64,000 nucleotides of DNA from a bacterium (GCA_021781215.1 JAJXXC010000008.1:6965-70964), one strand, 5' to 3'. Shown: positions 24,872 to 34,446, numbered from the stretch's first letter. Made by a program: numbers and translations. The notes: a model not told the origin generated them from the letters alone.

Positions 24872-24918
24872 ACCCACTTTTACCCACTGAATTGATAATA
24901 CAGTTAGCAATCACCCAC
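24872..24918 (-). promoter_or_regulatory. Putative MraZ operator: three direct GTGGGT boxes upstream of mraZ
   Basis: ACCCAC occurs on the plus strand at 24872-24877, 24882-24887 and 24913-24918, so the spacings are 10 and 31 nt. These sit 55-100 nt upstream of the mraZ ATG. E. coli MraZ is known to bind phased TGGGN/GTGGG direct repeats. Confidence 0.5.
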
Positions 24919-25006
24919 TGCAAGTATAAAAAAAGGAAAACTACACTTTTAATGCGCAGTTTTCCACAGGTATGATTTATACACCATATACAGTGTCTAG
25001 GTTCGA

Positions 25007-25540
25007 CTATTGTCCGCTAGTATATATCCCCTGTTTAGCTTCAGCGTTTGCTAGTTCAATTGCTCCAGCCGTTGCGGGCACAATAAATTCTTGTCCGGGA
25101 GTAACAATAGTCCTATCCACTATCGTCTCATTTGGACTTTGGTTATTGATTAGCGTATTTGCCACTACATTCATGTCACCATTTTTCGGTGTAATAATTT
25201 CAGCGATGTTAGAGTAGCTATTTGGTAATGGAAGGATTGAATTTTTAAACGGTATATCATCTACAAATACTTCTACTAAACTTCCATTTCTTATTGCTTC
25301 TCTGGCCTGGTGTGACTTTGCTAGAAACGTTTCTGCACTTTGCCCGTGAAAATTTGGCATTTCAGCGGTTACTGCAGCAGTAGCACTATTAACAGCTCCA
25401 TCTATAGTGCCAACCTCATACGCACCAACAGCTAGGGTTGCTAATAATCCTATGGTCATAGCCTTTTTTAAGGAATACCTAGACTCATGCCTTGCAATTG
25501 GTACGGCAATTGATCTTTTTATATTTTCTTTACTTTTCAT
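25007..25540 (-). CDS. Hypothetical membrane-anchored exported protein (possible degenerate LysM-like C-terminus)
   Basis: It has an N-terminal TM helix (AMTIGLLATLAVGAYEV). The C-terminal segment NIAEIITPKNGDMNVVANTLINNQ...IVTPGQEFIVP loosely resembles LysM. Confidence 0.4.
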   Translation of the reverse strand: MKSKENIKRSIAVPIARHESRYSLKKAMTIGLLATLAVGAYEVGTIDGAVNSATAAVTAEMPNFHGQSAETFLAKSHQAREAIRNGSLVEVFVDDIPFKNSILPLPNSYSNIAEIITPKNGDMNVVANTLINNQSPNETIVDRTIVTPGQEFIVPATAGAIELANAEAKQGIYTSGQ

Positions 25541-25575
25541 AGTAATACTATAGCAAACATTAGCGTTATTGTCAA

Positions 25576-26859
25576 CTATAAGTTAGTACCCTGCTGCGGT
25601 GCAGGCTTACATTTTCTTATGAGATCCGCATATACATACGCACTCTTCCTTACGGTTCTACTCATGTCTTTTCTATTAACTTCTATTAATCCAAATTTTG
25701 GGCACCATCCATCAGCCCACTCAAAATTATCCAACAAGCTCCAGTGTAGGTAGCCAAACACATCAGTCCCTTCACTCTTAACCTTTCTTAAGGCATCAAC
25801 CGTTTGTTCAAGCCACCACTCTCTGTATTGATCTTTAGAGTCTGCTAAACCATTTTCACTGACGATTATCGGCTTTTTGTATTTTTCCCAAATATTTTCG
25901 ATCGCAACAGATATTGATGCAGGATCCATATGCCACCCAAGGTCATTTAGAGGCTCTGGATTATATCCTGTAACTGGATTGTCTATTTTACCTTTTTCAA
26001 TGTAACTCATGAAATAATAGTTAATTCCTATGAAGTCTAGTTCTTTTCGTATTCTGTTTAAAAACCATTTGTTCCAAAAATAATCAGAAAATTTAGCAAT
26101 AATTTTATTAATTAGATTATTGTTTAAGGTTTTGAAGTTTGTTATATTTGCTGCAATACCTACATCGACCGATGGTTTTTTAGATTTAATATTTTTATAT
26201 CCAATTTTGTGAGATCTAATAAGGTTTAATAATACTTTCATAGCCTTGTATATGTTCTTATTGCCGGGTGGCCATTGACCATACACATAGCTCATTGATG
26301 TATACACAATAGGTTCATTTAATATAATAACAAAATTAATTTCGTCCAATAACTCATCCGCAATCTTTTTAGTAAATCTATCAAAATATTTTAAATTTTT
26401 TCTTTTAGTAAACCCACCGGCTTCAGAGAACCAAATCGGTTCTGATGTATGCCAAATATTTAAAAAAGGTTCCAGTCCTCTCTTGCGCATTTCCAAAATA
26501 TACCTTTTGTAATGCCCAATTTCCTTTTGGTCCCATTCTCCATTTTTTGGTTCTATCCTAGACCACTCAATGCTGAACCTCAGACTATTCAAATTTAACT
26601 TTGAGGCTAAGTTAAAATCTTCTTCAAAACGATTATAATGGTCTACCCCACTTCCTGAAATATAATTATTTGGATCCGTAGCCTGTACTTTAATGTCCTT
26701 CCAATTTTTTAAATACCCATACTTTTTTTCTGCTTCATTTGCCAATCTAATAGAATTCATTTTTTCCCATTCAGTCCATTGGTTGTAGTTGCCACCCTCG
26801 ACTTGATGCGAGGCTGTACTAGCACCCCAATAAAAGACTTTTTTTATAGGTTCTATCAT
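25576..26859 (-). CDS. Glycoside hydrolase family 1 beta-glucosidase/6-phospho-beta-glucosidase-like
   Basis: It has ASTASHQVEGG, an acid/base ILNEP, a nucleophile VSENG, and WSLLDNFEW. Confidence 0.9.
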   Translation of the reverse strand: MIEPIKKVFYWGASTASHQVEGGNYNQWTEWEKMNSIRLANEAEKKYGYLKNWKDIKVQATDPNNYISGSGVDHYNRFEEDFNLASKLNLNSLRFSIEWSRIEPKNGEWDQKEIGHYKRYILEMRKRGLEPFLNIWHTSEPIWFSEAGGFTKRKNLKYFDRFTKKIADELLDEINFVIILNEPIVYTSMSYVYGQWPPGNKNIYKAMKVLLNLIRSHKIGYKNIKSKKPSVDVGIAANITNFKTLNNNLINKIIAKFSDYFWNKWFLNRIRKELDFIGINYYFMSYIEKGKIDNPVTGYNPEPLNDLGWHMDPASISVAIENIWEKYKKPIIVSENGLADSKDQYREWWLEQTVDALRKVKSEGTDVFGYLHWSLLDNFEWADGWCPKFGLIEVNRKDMSRTVRKSAYVYADLIRKCKPAPQQGTNL

Positions 26860-28229
26860 AAAACAATACTATTTTTTACTAGTTCGAGAACTGCGTCTAT
26901 ACTGAGTCGCTTTTGTTTTGTAGTATCACGATCCCTAATAGTTACAGTGCCATCGGACAGGCTATCGTAATCAATCGTTATACAGAACGGAGTCCCAACC
27001 TCATCTTGCTTTCGATATCTCTTGCCGATATTTCCGCTATCGTCCCAGGCTACAAACTTTAATTCTTTCTTAAAATGTTTATATATCTTCCTAGCAAGTT
27101 CGACAATTTCAGGTTTATTTTTCAAAAGCGGGAAGACGGCAACTTTTACTGGAGCAAGATAATTTGGTAATGATAAATACACTCTTTTCTCACCATTAAT
27201 CTCATCTTCACGATAACTCTCAGCCAAAACCGCTAAAAGATTTCTGTCTAACCCAAAGGTTGGCTCTATAACATGAGGAACTAGCCTTTCAGTAGTACCT
27301 TTCACTATATATTCCATATTCTTTCCTGAAAGGGTCTGGTGATTCTTCAAGTCGAAATCTGATCTATACGCTATGCCACCAACCTCCTTAAATCCTATAG
27401 AAAAATTATATTCAAAATCAATAGTCCGCTTACTATAATGCGCTCTTTCCTCTGCGCCTATTTCTTTTATTCTTATATTGTCCTTTGATAGTTTTAGCTT
27501 ATTGAAGTACCAATCTTTTGTGCCATTTAATAAAATTTCAAAATGTTTTTCCCAATTATCTGGCTTAATAAAATACTCGAATTCCATTATTTCAAATTCG
27601 CGAGATCGAAAAATATAGTCTCTAGGGCTAATTTCATTTCGAAAGTTTCTTCCAATTTGTGCTATGCCAAAAGGTAGGTCTGGATAAAAACTATCTACAA
27701 TATTCTTATAATTGAGAAAAGTACCCTGTGCAGTTTCTGGTCTTAAATAAGTTGTTGAAGCGCTTCCCGTCTCGGGCCCAACATTAGTTCTAAACATCAA
27801 ATTAAAATTCGATGCCTTGCCTAATTTATTCCCTTCTGGGCTTTTGATAGATTTGTCTTCAACAGCTTTTAGCATCTGCACCAAGGTAAGTCCATCTGAA
27901 CTAATACCGTTGTCTTCAAGCAAATGATCTAGCCTATATTGTTTCTTAGTAACAACGTCTTCAATAACTTGATCACTGAATGTTGCGACATGCCCACTTG
28001 CTTCCCAAACCTTCTGATTCATAATTATAGTAGAATCTAAGCCATAAATATTATCAGTATCTTCAACAAAAGTTTGCCACCATAAATTGACAATATTTCT
28101 CTTTAGCGAAATTCCTAGTGGTCCATAATCCCAGGTTCCGGCCATTCCACCGTAAAGTTCTGAGCCTTGATATATAAAGCCACGTCTTTTACATAAGCTG
28201 GCAAGTGTTTCTAGCGATACCTTTTGCAT
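26856..28229 (-). CDS. glyQS: Glycine--tRNA ligase (dimeric alpha2 type)
   Basis: LCKRRGFIYQGSELYGGMAGTWDYGPLG is followed by class II motifs (FRNEISPR, GLDR). Confidence 0.95.
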   Translation of the reverse strand: MQKVSLETLASLCKRRGFIYQGSELYGGMAGTWDYGPLGISLKRNIVNLWWQTFVEDTDNIYGLDSTIIMNQKVWEASGHVATFSDQVIEDVVTKKQYRLDHLLEDNGISSDGLTLVQMLKAVEDKSIKSPEGNKLGKASNFNLMFRTNVGPETGSASTTYLRPETAQGTFLNYKNIVDSFYPDLPFGIAQIGRNFRNEISPRDYIFRSREFEIMEFEYFIKPDNWEKHFEILLNGTKDWYFNKLKLSKDNIRIKEIGAEERAHYSKRTIDFEYNFSIGFKEVGGIAYRSDFDLKNHQTLSGKNMEYIVKGTTERLVPHVIEPTFGLDRNLLAVLAESYREDEINGEKRVYLSLPNYLAPVKVAVFPLLKNKPEIVELARKIYKHFKKELKFVAWDDSGNIGKRYRKQDEVGTPFCITIDYDSLSDGTVTIRDRDTTKQKRLSIDAVLELVKNSIVL

Positions 28230-28296
28230 ATTTATATTCTATCCTTAATTTGAATTATATATAAACTCTTCTCAAGAGTACAGCAATAATTATTTA

Positions 28297-28977
28297 TTAA
28301 TATTCAAAACCGTTGCTTCTCATTATTAATGGCAATAAATCAGATAATCTTTCGAGCGTAGGGTTGTTGGAATGGATTTTTGATAAGAGCACTGGGCTAT
28401 GGGATATAGCTAATCTTAAAAATTTTATATCATTTTTGGTATATTTACCACTGTCATTAGATATAAACTCCATACTATCCATATTAAAATCAAATCCCAA
28501 CACATTATCAGATACAGTTTTAACTTCTAGATTTGGTTGGTGCCCTGTAAGTGCTAAGAAATTTAGTACAAACCATACTTCGACTATCCTTACATCGATT
28601 GCTTTATTAAGGTCTATGTAGGATTCTCTCACAAGATTATAAAACTCGCCACCTGAGCCAGATTCTAGGTGTCTATTTATTAATTTTATGATTCTATACG
28701 CAGCATTAGTTATTGATAAATCTTTTACAATATTCCCATAGTTACTAATTAGCCTAGCAGACATGAGATTGCCTATATCTCCCCTGCCATTTATAAAAGT
28801 TAACTGAGACTCACCAAATAATTCTATACTGCCGGCAAGTTTTGATTTTTGTTTTCTAGTCCCCTTAGCTATTAATGAAATCTTTCCCATGTCAGGGGTA
28901 ATGTAGGTTATAATCCTGTCTGCCTCACCATAATTTATCCGTCTTAGTACTATTCCTGTAGTTACTATTCTATTCAT
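28297..28977 (-). CDS. recO: DNA repair protein RecO
   Basis: It has an N-terminal OB-fold block, GIVLRRINYGEADRIITYITPDMGKISLIAKGTRK. Confidence 0.85.
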   Translation of the reverse strand: MNRIVTTGIVLRRINYGEADRIITYITPDMGKISLIAKGTRKQKSKLAGSIELFGESQLTFINGRGDIGNLMSARLISNYGNIVKDLSITNAAYRIIKLINRHLESGSGGEFYNLVRESYIDLNKAIDVRIVEVWFVLNFLALTGHQPNLEVKTVSDNVLGFDFNMDSMEFISNDSGKYTKNDIKFLRLAISHSPVLLSKIHSNNPTLERLSDLLPLIMRSNGFEY

Positions 28978-29366
28978 ATGTGCGTTGTTAAGACATAATT
29001 TTCTACAAGATTTTTTAATTTTTCTAAACTTGAGGTTGGTTTATACAAATATCCGACGACCCCCAAGTCGTGGATATTATTACTATTTAGTCTGGTCTTT
29101 GATTCAGGAATCAATGTATTTATAATCACAGGTATTGTTTGCCATTCCTTGTAAGACCTTAGTTCATACAAAAATTCATAACCATTATGACTAGTTAACT
29201 GTAATTCTAAAATTATAAGATCAGGCTTAGCATTGTCGACCGCATCTATAGCTTTCTGACCATCATTGCAAAGCACTACTTCAAAGCCTGCTTTAGTAAA
29301 AAAATCTTTATAGATATTACTCAGCACAGTATCCGGCTCAACTATTAATATATTAGCTAAATTCAT
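28974..29366 (-). CDS. Single-domain receiver-like protein with Glu at the phospho-acceptor position (pseudo-receiver)
   Basis: The CheY-like fold pattern is kept, including NTL for the conserved Thr and LYKP for the conserved Lys. The acceptor reads DLIILELQL (E instead of D) and the acidic pair reads IVEPD. It has 4-nt overlaps with both neighbours. Confidence 0.75.
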   Translation of the reverse strand: MNLANILIVEPDTVLSNIYKDFFTKAGFEVVLCNDGQKAIDAVDNAKPDLIILELQLTSHNGYEFLYELRSYKEWQTIPVIINTLIPESKTRLNSNNIHDLGVVGYLYKPTSSLEKLKNLVENYVLTTHI

Positions 29367-30028
29367 ATAAGGCTTAGTTGTTGGCTGGGAGTAAAATTAG
29401 CCGCCAGTCCTGATAAATTATTATGACGTAAGACCTGTAATTTTGAGGCTAGCCTGGATAGTAAAAGGTCGGCTGCGTAAATTCCAGCTACAGAATTATA
29501 GCTAAAATTTGGCAATCCTTGCCTAACTCTACCGGCTGAAATAATGGCTTTTCTAAGGCTGTTTTTGGTAATCCCTAAGTTGGGTGTAAATATGCCGGCA
29601 ACAATTCTATCTTGAGATTTATATGCATTTATAAAAACTTCAGCATTTTCTGCTATATTAGACTCGATAATTGTTTGCCCTATTAATGTTAATGCAGACT
29701 CCATTTCAGCCCTACTACTCATAACAGGTACGAATTTGCCCTCTATCTTTAGATTTAGATTACAATTATACATTTTAGCAATCTTCGATAAATTGTGCGC
29801 CGTATCATTTAACACTTCAGATACTGAAACTGGTTCAAAATCTAACTGATGTTGATCCGTGTTAAGACCGAGAACATATCCATCAATTAATCTAATTGAA
29901 CTATCGGCCAAACTTTTTATATCAGTTATATTAGCATTCTCAGACTTTAGAGATATATTGATTAGGGGAAGTTTTAGGTGCTCAACTATATTCACTAATA
30001 ATTGATTATCTTCTGAGGGGTATGGCAT
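29363..30028 (-). CDS. Hypothetical cytoplasmic protein, possibly a degenerate histidine-kinase-like partner
   Basis: VNIVEHLKLPLINIS is H-box-like. LIGQTIIESNIAENAEV is N-box-like. The G1/G2 boxes are not convincing. It is translationally coupled to the receiver-like gene. Confidence 0.35.
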   Translation of the reverse strand: MPYPSEDNQLLVNIVEHLKLPLINISLKSENANITDIKSLADSSIRLIDGYVLGLNTDQHQLDFEPVSVSEVLNDTAHNLSKIAKMYNCNLNLKIEGKFVPVMSSRAEMESALTLIGQTIIESNIAENAEVFINAYKSQDRIVAGIFTPNLGITKNSLRKAIISAGRVRQGLPNFSYNSVAGIYAADLLLSRLASKLQVLRHNNLSGLAANFTPSQQLSLI

Positions 30029-30076
30029 ATAAAAATTTTACTTTTTTCTTAAGTGTAATTATATCACCTCTACTGA

Positions 30077-30565
30077 TTAGTTATACCTATATAAGAAAAT
30101 GCCTTTTTTTTGACGATCTATCTTTCGCCCCGGAATCTTAAACGCAAAGCTTACTAGTTTAATTGGGGTTTTATACTCTTGAATAATTTTATTGTTCAAT
30201 CTTGACATATACTTATCAAGTAGAAAAACAGATATTCCATCTGCTGAAGGCCATTTCTTTTGCCAATAATTACCCCAAATAACCCTGACGCTTTTCCTGT
30301 ATTTCCAAGTCTTAGCTATTGAATATATAACCAACACCGGATTTAACTCATAGCCAATGGCGTTGATACCTCTTTTACCGGCTTCATATAGAATTCTTCC
30401 GTCGCCACTACCCAGCTCAATAAGAGTCTGCCCTTCACTCAAATCTAATAATTCAAAAATTGGATCAATTTGTTTAGTTAGAGTAGGTAAAAACGGGGCT
30501 CCAAATAAAATAACAAAACCAAAAAGTAGAATAACAGCTGAGACTATGTAGATTAGATACGACAA
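30077..30565 (-). CDS. Class I SAM-dependent methyltransferase with N-terminal TM helix
   Basis: It has a TTG start, a hydrophobic N-terminus, and SAM motif I LIELGSGDGRIL. Confidence 0.6.
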   Translation of the reverse strand: MSYLIYIVSAVILLFGFVILFGAPFLPTLTKQIDPIFELLDLSEGQTLIELGSGDGRILYEAGKRGINAIGYELNPVLVIYSIAKTWKYRKSVRVIWGNYWQKKWPSADGISVFLLDKYMSRLNNKIIQEYKTPIKLVSFAFKIPGRKIDRQKKGIFLYRYN

Positions 30566-30569
30566 AATT

Positions 30570-30767
30570 CTATATTTCCAGATTATTCTTTAATTCTTTG
30601 ATTGTATTTTTTGTTTTACTTAGGTATTCCTCAATCTCTTCTACTAAATTTAGTCCTTCTTTATATTTAGATATTGCTTCTTCTAAATCTAAGTCGGGTG
30701 ATTGGAGTTGGTTTAATATTTTCTCTAAATCATTTTTTTTATCTGTATAAACAAATTTTTTTACCAT
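30570..30767 (-). CDS. xseB: Exodeoxyribonuclease VII small subunit
   Basis: 65 aa. LEKILNQLQSPDLDLEEAISKYKEGLNLV matches the XseB pattern, and it lies directly downstream of xseA. Confidence 0.8.
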   Translation of the reverse strand: MVKKFVYTDKKNDLEKILNQLQSPDLDLEEAISKYKEGLNLVEEIEEYLSKTKNTIKELKNNLEI

Positions 30768-30771
30768 AAAA

Positions 30772-31899
30772 CTACTCCTTAATTGATTTTAATTTTACAT
30801 TTTTTACTTTTACTTCTAAATTAGCCGAATATGTTTCAATAGTTAACTCATCTTCTATTTTTACTAGGCTAGAATCTATCAACTTTCCATTGCTTTTAAT
30901 AACTGCATAGCCCCTTTTTAAGATATCTAATGGATTTAAGGCATTTAATAGGTTCTTATAATCCATAGTCTGTTTTTTGTACTGATCGAACAATATATCA
31001 ATTTTTTTACTAAGATTATCCCTGTTATCCACCAAATCTTTATACGAAAAATTTATATTTCTCTCAATCATATTTTCCATCTGAAAACCAATCGACTTTA
31101 GCTCTTTTTTTATATCTTTTTTATCAGGCGTAAGAGTTTCGGCCGCATGAGTAGGAGTGCTACACCTTATGTCTGCTACTAGTTCGGAAAGACAAATATC
31201 GACTTCGTGGCCTATAGCGACTATAGTTGGAATCCTGCTAGATGCGATGACCCTAACTAACTGTTCTTCATTAAATGAAGACAAATCTTCAACGCTACCC
31301 CCTCCTCTGATAATTACTAACACGTCTACGGGATCAACGTCTTTATTGAAACTATTGATAGCACTTATTATCTGAGATGAGGCGATGTCTCCCTGCACCT
31401 GTACGTCCCTAACTCTAATATCTAACCCGGCCCATCGTTCGCTAATTATCTTAATAAAATCATGAAAGGCCGCAGAGCCAATAGATGTAATTAATCCAAT
31501 TTTAGTCGAAGGATATGAAATTGTTCTTTTACGCGAAGAATCGAACAAACCTTCATTCTTTAATTTAACTTCCAATAATTTTGTTGCTTTCTTAATAGAC
31601 CCCTCACCAATAGGCCTGATTTGACTGACATTAATACTAAATCCATATAACGGGTGTAAAAATGGGACTCCTTTGACCCTAATTTTCAAACCATCTTCCA
31701 GCGGTCCGGGTAATTGAAAAATAGTTCCAAAAAACCTAACAGAAGCAAAGTCGTCTCTAAGACTAAAATATACCCATTTATTTTTACTTATTTTATAGTT
31801 TTCGATCTCACCTTCTATATAGACGTGGGGATAGGCATAAGATATTGACTGATTAAAAACTGCTACAAAATCACTAACGCTAAAAATTTGATCTTCCAT
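30772..31899 (-). CDS. xseA: Exodeoxyribonuclease VII large subunit
   Basis: An N-terminal OB-fold (FSVSDFVAVFNQ...VYIEGEIENY) is followed by IIRGGGSVEDL. The start is placed at ATG 31899 (MEDQIF), 1 nt after the upstream stop. The ORF-track start at 31956 overlaps the upstream gene. Confidence 0.9.
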   Translation of the reverse strand: MEDQIFSVSDFVAVFNQSISYAYPHVYIEGEIENYKISKNKWVYFSLRDDFASVRFFGTIFQLPGPLEDGLKIRVKGVPFLHPLYGFSINVSQIRPIGEGSIKKATKLLEVKLKNEGLFDSSRKRTISYPSTKIGLITSIGSAAFHDFIKIISERWAGLDIRVRDVQVQGDIASSQIISAINSFNKDVDPVDVLVIIRGGGSVEDLSSFNEEQLVRVIASSRIPTIVAIGHEVDICLSELVADIRCSTPTHAAETLTPDKKDIKKELKSIGFQMENMIERNINFSYKDLVDNRDNLSKKIDILFDQYKKQTMDYKNLLNALNPLDILKRGYAVIKSNGKLIDSSLVKIEDELTIETYSANLEVKVKNVKLKSIKE

Positions 31900-31900
31900 T

Positions 31901-32938
31901 TTAATTTTTTTCTCGAGGAATAAGAGCCCTTTGATACAGCACGTAACCAGGTACAATTTGGATAATAGTGTTTAAAATTCTATAAGTTATTGTTACTGGC
32001 AAACTAAGCGAAGCAGAAATACCAGCGGTAGCTAAAACTATAGTCATTAAAGATTCGTAAACACCGACCCCTCCCGGTAATACAGATAAGAAACCACCTA
32101 AATTGGCAACTGCATATGCTAAGATTATAACCCCAGGATTAACCCAATGGCCAAAAGCTATATAAACAACATATAAAACTGCTACTTCCGTAAAGTTAGC
32201 TAACAAACCCCAAATAAATGGGCCCTTAAACTGGTTGGGGTCATTTCTAAACAGCATGTAACTATTATGGAGATCGTTAAAAACCTTTTTAGCCCTCACT
32301 ATATTTATAGCTTCGTGAATCCTGGGCCTAAAGGTTTTAACTACCTTATTTAAGAATAGTGTCACCCATGTAAAGAAACTATCTATTCTTTTATCGCTAC
32401 CTACTATAAAAAATGCTCCACCAGTTAAAATAACAAGAATAGTTATTACTACTGATGCGAATAAAATTATAATTGAACTTGCCTTACCACCTATAGCCAT
32501 AATCAACAGTCCGAAAATTAATAGAGCTAAAAATGATATAAAAACACTAATTGTTTTAATGAGATGTAATAAAGTCGCATCAGCACCAGATATTGATTTT
32601 GATTTTAATCTAAGGTTAGTGTACGAAACCGCCGATAAACCGGCGCTAGGTAGTAAGGTAGCTATAAAATTAAGTTCTAAACTAAATCCATATAGAAATT
32701 TACTAGTAATTTCATACCCCATAGTTTTAAGGGCGTCTCGATATAATAATGTCTGTGCTTGATAATTAAGCACTTCCAACGGTATCATTAACCAAAGTAC
32801 CCAAAGATCAGCTTTTCTCAAACCCCTAAAAGTATCAACTATATGACCACCAGAAGTAATTATAAAAATCAACAACGCAAGAATTGTTATAACAGTAAGT
32901 ATCTTACGCCAATTCTTCTTATTAACGATAGACTTCAT
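31901..32938 (-). CDS. Polytopic membrane protein, LPG-synthase-TM/UPF0104-like (flippase-like)
   Basis: About 8 predicted TM helices, a basic N-terminus (KKNWRKILTVITILALLIF) and a GGxG-containing helix (LPGGVGVYE), typical of this family. Confidence 0.5.
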   Translation of the reverse strand: MKSIVNKKNWRKILTVITILALLIFIITSGGHIVDTFRGLRKADLWVLWLMIPLEVLNYQAQTLLYRDALKTMGYEITSKFLYGFSLELNFIATLLPSAGLSAVSYTNLRLKSKSISGADATLLHLIKTISVFISFLALLIFGLLIMAIGGKASSIIILFASVVITILVILTGGAFFIVGSDKRIDSFFTWVTLFLNKVVKTFRPRIHEAINIVRAKKVFNDLHNSYMLFRNDPNQFKGPFIWGLLANFTEVAVLYVVYIAFGHWVNPGVIILAYAVANLGGFLSVLPGGVGVYESLMTIVLATAGISASLSLPVTITYRILNTIIQIVPGYVLYQRALIPREKN

Positions 32939-32977
32939 TAGTTACTTATTATATATGAAGCCGTATACTATTGTTAT

Positions 32978-34147
32978 ATGACCAAAACATTATTTATTCT
33001 AGGCAGACAACCAATATTTGGTATGGCTGAGCTCAAAAGCCTATTTCCGGATAATACTATCGAAAAGATGAGTGAAAATATAATTTCCATAAACCGTTAT
33101 GTCGAACCAAATTTGATAAACAGGCTTGGGGGAACAATTAAAATAGCCGAAGAGATTGCTAGTATACAAAATATCAATAATAAATCACTAGAAGCATTAA
33201 TAATCGAAAACGTACTTAGTCATATACAAGATCTCCCAGCCGGAAAAATTACCCTTGGAATTAGCTACTATGGCAACAATCAAACGGTAAGAAATATTGA
33301 AATTATTGCCTTGAAATTAAAAAAATCTCTAAAACAAAGTGGGAGATCAATAAGAATAGTCCCGAATAAAGAACTTGAACTATCTTCGGCGCAAGTCTTC
33401 CATAATAGACTCACTAAAGATGCTAGTTTCGAATTGATCATAATTGATGCTGGCGACCCCATAACCTTTGCTAGATCAATTGCAGTACAAAATATAGAAT
33501 CATATAGCTCTAGGGACCAAAAAAGGCCCTATAGAGACGCTAGGGTCGGTATGCTACCACCAAAACTCGCTCAAATAATGATTAACCTATTAAACCCATT
33601 GCCAAATCAAATAATTTTGGACCCATTTTGTGGCACTGGCGTTGTACTCCAAGAAGCCCTACTAATGGGCCTAAGAACCATTGGTAGCGATCTAGATAAT
33701 AGAATGGTAGATTATTCTACGCGTAATATAGAATGGCTACGCCAAAAATATAATAACCTACCGGATTGTCAGATATCCGACGGTGATGCAACTAGCCATC
33801 ATTGGCCCAAAGACATAGACTACGTTGTAACTGAAGCTTATCTGGGAAAACCATTTTTTCAAAGCCCAAGCATTAATTCTATTGATAAGGAAAAAGAAAT
33901 TGTGGGTAACATATTACTAAGATTCTTGAAAAATATCCAACCCCAAATCAAATCTGGTACAAAATTATGTATAGCGGTGCCAACCTGGAGATATAATAAT
34001 AAATTCATACACCTTTCAATACTTGACCAACTAGTGCAAATCGGTTACAATCCTATGAGTTTTAAAAATCTTGAAACTAAGGATTTGATCTATTACAGAC
34101 CAGACCAAATAGTAGCAAGACAAATATTATTATTGATCAGGAAGTAA
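32978..34147 (+). CDS. Putative RNA/DNA methyltransferase (UPF0020/Trm11-like class I SAM MTase)
   Basis: It has ILDPFCGTGVVLQEALLMG (motif I) and VVTEAYLG in place of (D/N)PPY. The N-terminal domain is unassigned. Confidence 0.55.
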   Translation: MTKTLFILGRQPIFGMAELKSLFPDNTIEKMSENIISINRYVEPNLINRLGGTIKIAEEIASIQNINNKSLEALIIENVLSHIQDLPAGKITLGISYYGNNQTVRNIEIIALKLKKSLKQSGRSIRIVPNKELELSSAQVFHNRLTKDASFELIIIDAGDPITFARSIAVQNIESYSSRDQKRPYRDARVGMLPPKLAQIMINLLNPLPNQIILDPFCGTGVVLQEALLMGLRTIGSDLDNRMVDYSTRNIEWLRQKYNNLPDCQISDGDATSHHWPKDIDYVVTEAYLGKPFFQSPSINSIDKEKEIVGNILLRFLKNIQPQIKSGTKLCIAVPTWRYNNKFIHLSILDQLVQIGYNPMSFKNLETKDLIYYRPDQIVARQILLLIRK

Positions 34148-34148
34148 A

Positions 34149-34421
34149 ATGTCACACGTAAAAGCAGGCGGAACAAGTAAAAATATACACGACAGCCCAG
34201 GACAACGTCTTGGTGTTAAATTATTTGGCGGAGAAAGTGTTAAAACTGGTCAAATTATCGTCAGACAGACCGGTTCTAATAAAAGATCTGGCAAAGGAAC
34301 TTTTATTAGTCGTAACTACACTATTCATGCGACTAAAGATGGTATTGTTAGATTCCAACCACGAAGAGTTAGGTTATTTAGCGGAAAATCACAAAAAATA
34401 ACCGAAGTTACAGTCGAATAG
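34149..34421 (+). CDS. rpmA: 50S ribosomal protein L27
   Basis: It has HVKAGGTSKNIHDSPGQRLGVKLFGGESVKTGQIIVRQTG. Confidence 0.95.
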   Translation: MSHVKAGGTSKNIHDSPGQRLGVKLFGGESVKTGQIIVRQTGSNKRSGKGTFISRNYTIHATKDGIVRFQPRRVRLFSGKSQKITEVTVE

Positions 34422-34446
34422 AAAATTCACAATAACATAGGGTTCT

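Noticed and set aside
24818-24910. 31-codon N-terminal extension of the mraZ ORF
   Set aside because: MraZ homologs start near the KLDxKGR block. The extension covers the GTGGGT repeat array that is more plausibly the operator.
24972-25217. 81-aa plus-strand ORF overlapping the 25007-25540 gene
   Set aside because: It is antisense to a longer ORF that has a TM anchor and fits the minus-strand array. Its hydrophobic low-complexity sequence is typical of shadow ORFs.
34210-34401. 63-aa alternate-frame ORF inside rpmA
   Set aside because: rpmA (L27) is unambiguous in the other frame.
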